Assembly (NCBI GenBank): GCA_016930515.1
Contig: JAFGGO010000030.1
Location: 1 to 15,871, forward strand
DNA: 15,871 bases
From: Promethearchaeota archaeon
Lineage (GTDB): Archaea; Asgardarchaeota; Lokiarchaeia; Sigyniarchaeales; SOKP01
Direction: 5' to 3'
This document shows positions 15,320 through 15,871 of this stretch, one piece after another. The notes below the pieces were generated by a model. That model was not told where the DNA came from, made no database searches, and was given only the letters and a program-made list of their open reading frames with translations. Positions within the stretch are counted from its first letter, which is position 1, and every line of letters begins with the position of its first letter. The translations under genes and the position numbers were made by a program.

Positions 15320-15871
15320 TTGAAAATGTTCACGCACGATTACATCGAACCCCATCAAGTCAACTCCTTCGTCTATTGTCGCCGCAAGTGGTATTATCAA
15401 AATCGATTGAAATTAAGACTTGAACGCGATAACTTAATTTTAGGACAAAAAATTCACCAAGAGCACAAGTTAACTCGATATAAATATAAGGAACTATACA
15501 TGACTTCGGAACAGTTAAAATTGAAAGGAATGTGCGATTACGTCATCGAAGATGAGGGAGTTCTCGTTCCCTTGGAACTTAAAATCGGAAAGTCTAACAA
15601 TGGCAGGCCTTTCGAAAACGATATCGCTCAACTGGTTTGTTACATTCTCTTGTTAGAAGATTACCTTAAAAGTCCCCTGACCCACGGATATCTCCTCTAT
15701 CTTGGATCGCGACAAAAATTAAAAATTAAATGCGATAAAAAAGCAAGATCCGAATTATTCACGATAATTAAATCGATTCGAGAACAAGTTCGCTTGAATA
15801 AAATACCTAAGCTCCCTCAAACCAACGATAGATGCAAGAATTGTTCATTTTTTGACTATTGCTGGTATTAA
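15320..15871 (+). CDS. cas4: CRISPR-associated RecB-like exonuclease Cas4 (Fe-S cluster type)
   Basis: Cys in VYCRRKWYY plus the C-terminal CKNCSFFDYC gives the four-Cys cluster. The nuclease motifs are CDYV...PLELKIGK (D...ExK) and QLVCYILLL (QxxxY). The tracked start is TTG at 15320. ATG at 15326 (MFTHDY) is an equally plausible start, downstream of AGAGGA. The TAA stop occupies the last 3 nt of the window. Confidence 0.9.
   Translation: MKMFTHDYIEPHQVNSFVYCRRKWYYQNRLKLRLERDNLILGQKIHQEHKLTRYKYKELYMTSEQLKLKGMCDYVIEDEGVLVPLELKIGKSNNGRPFENDIAQLVCYILLLEDYLKSPLTHGYLLYLGSRQKLKIKCDKKARSELFTIIKSIREQVRLNKIPKLPQTNDRCKNCSFFDYCWY

Overview
AT-rich prokaryotic accessory locus with 13 supported genes. 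Standard genetic code: TAA, TAG and TGA all terminate genes here. Shine-Dalgarno-like motifs precede some genes. Most of the window is a type III CRISPR-style cyclic-oligoadenylate (cOA) signalling island joined to a reverse-transcriptase adaptation module. Gene order: (-) cysteine-free MutY-like HhH-GPD glycosylase (270-1136); (-) LRR/zinc-ribbon protein (1250-2278) and (-) 1097-aa HerA/DUF87-family ATPase (2289-5582), which look like a two-gene operon; (-) Csx1/Csm6-family CARF-HEPN RNase (6024-7268) whose real N-terminus lies upstream behind an in-frame TAA; (-) wHTH-CARF regulator (7538-8176), divergent from (+) a stand-alone mini-CARF paralog (8445-8873); (+) 701-aa CARF-wHTH-PIN-like fusion (9096-11201); (-) DUF1874/Crn2 (AcrIII-1-type) ring nuclease (11256-11558); (-) tandem Csx15-Csx15 fusion (11701-12660); (+) unfused group-II-intron-like reverse transcriptase (12854-13894), cas2, cas1 and cas4, the last ending on the final base of the window. 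No Cas10 or other effector-complex gene, no CRISPR array and no tRNA or rRNA is visible, so the effector and array must lie outside the window if they exist. The best candidates for something new are the CARF-wHTH-PIN protein, the paired wHTH-CARF/mini-CARF paralogs, the duplicated Csx15 next to Crn2, and the HerA-like ATPase with its LRR/zinc-ribbon partner. All family calls come from motif recognition by eye and need profile or structure searches to confirm.
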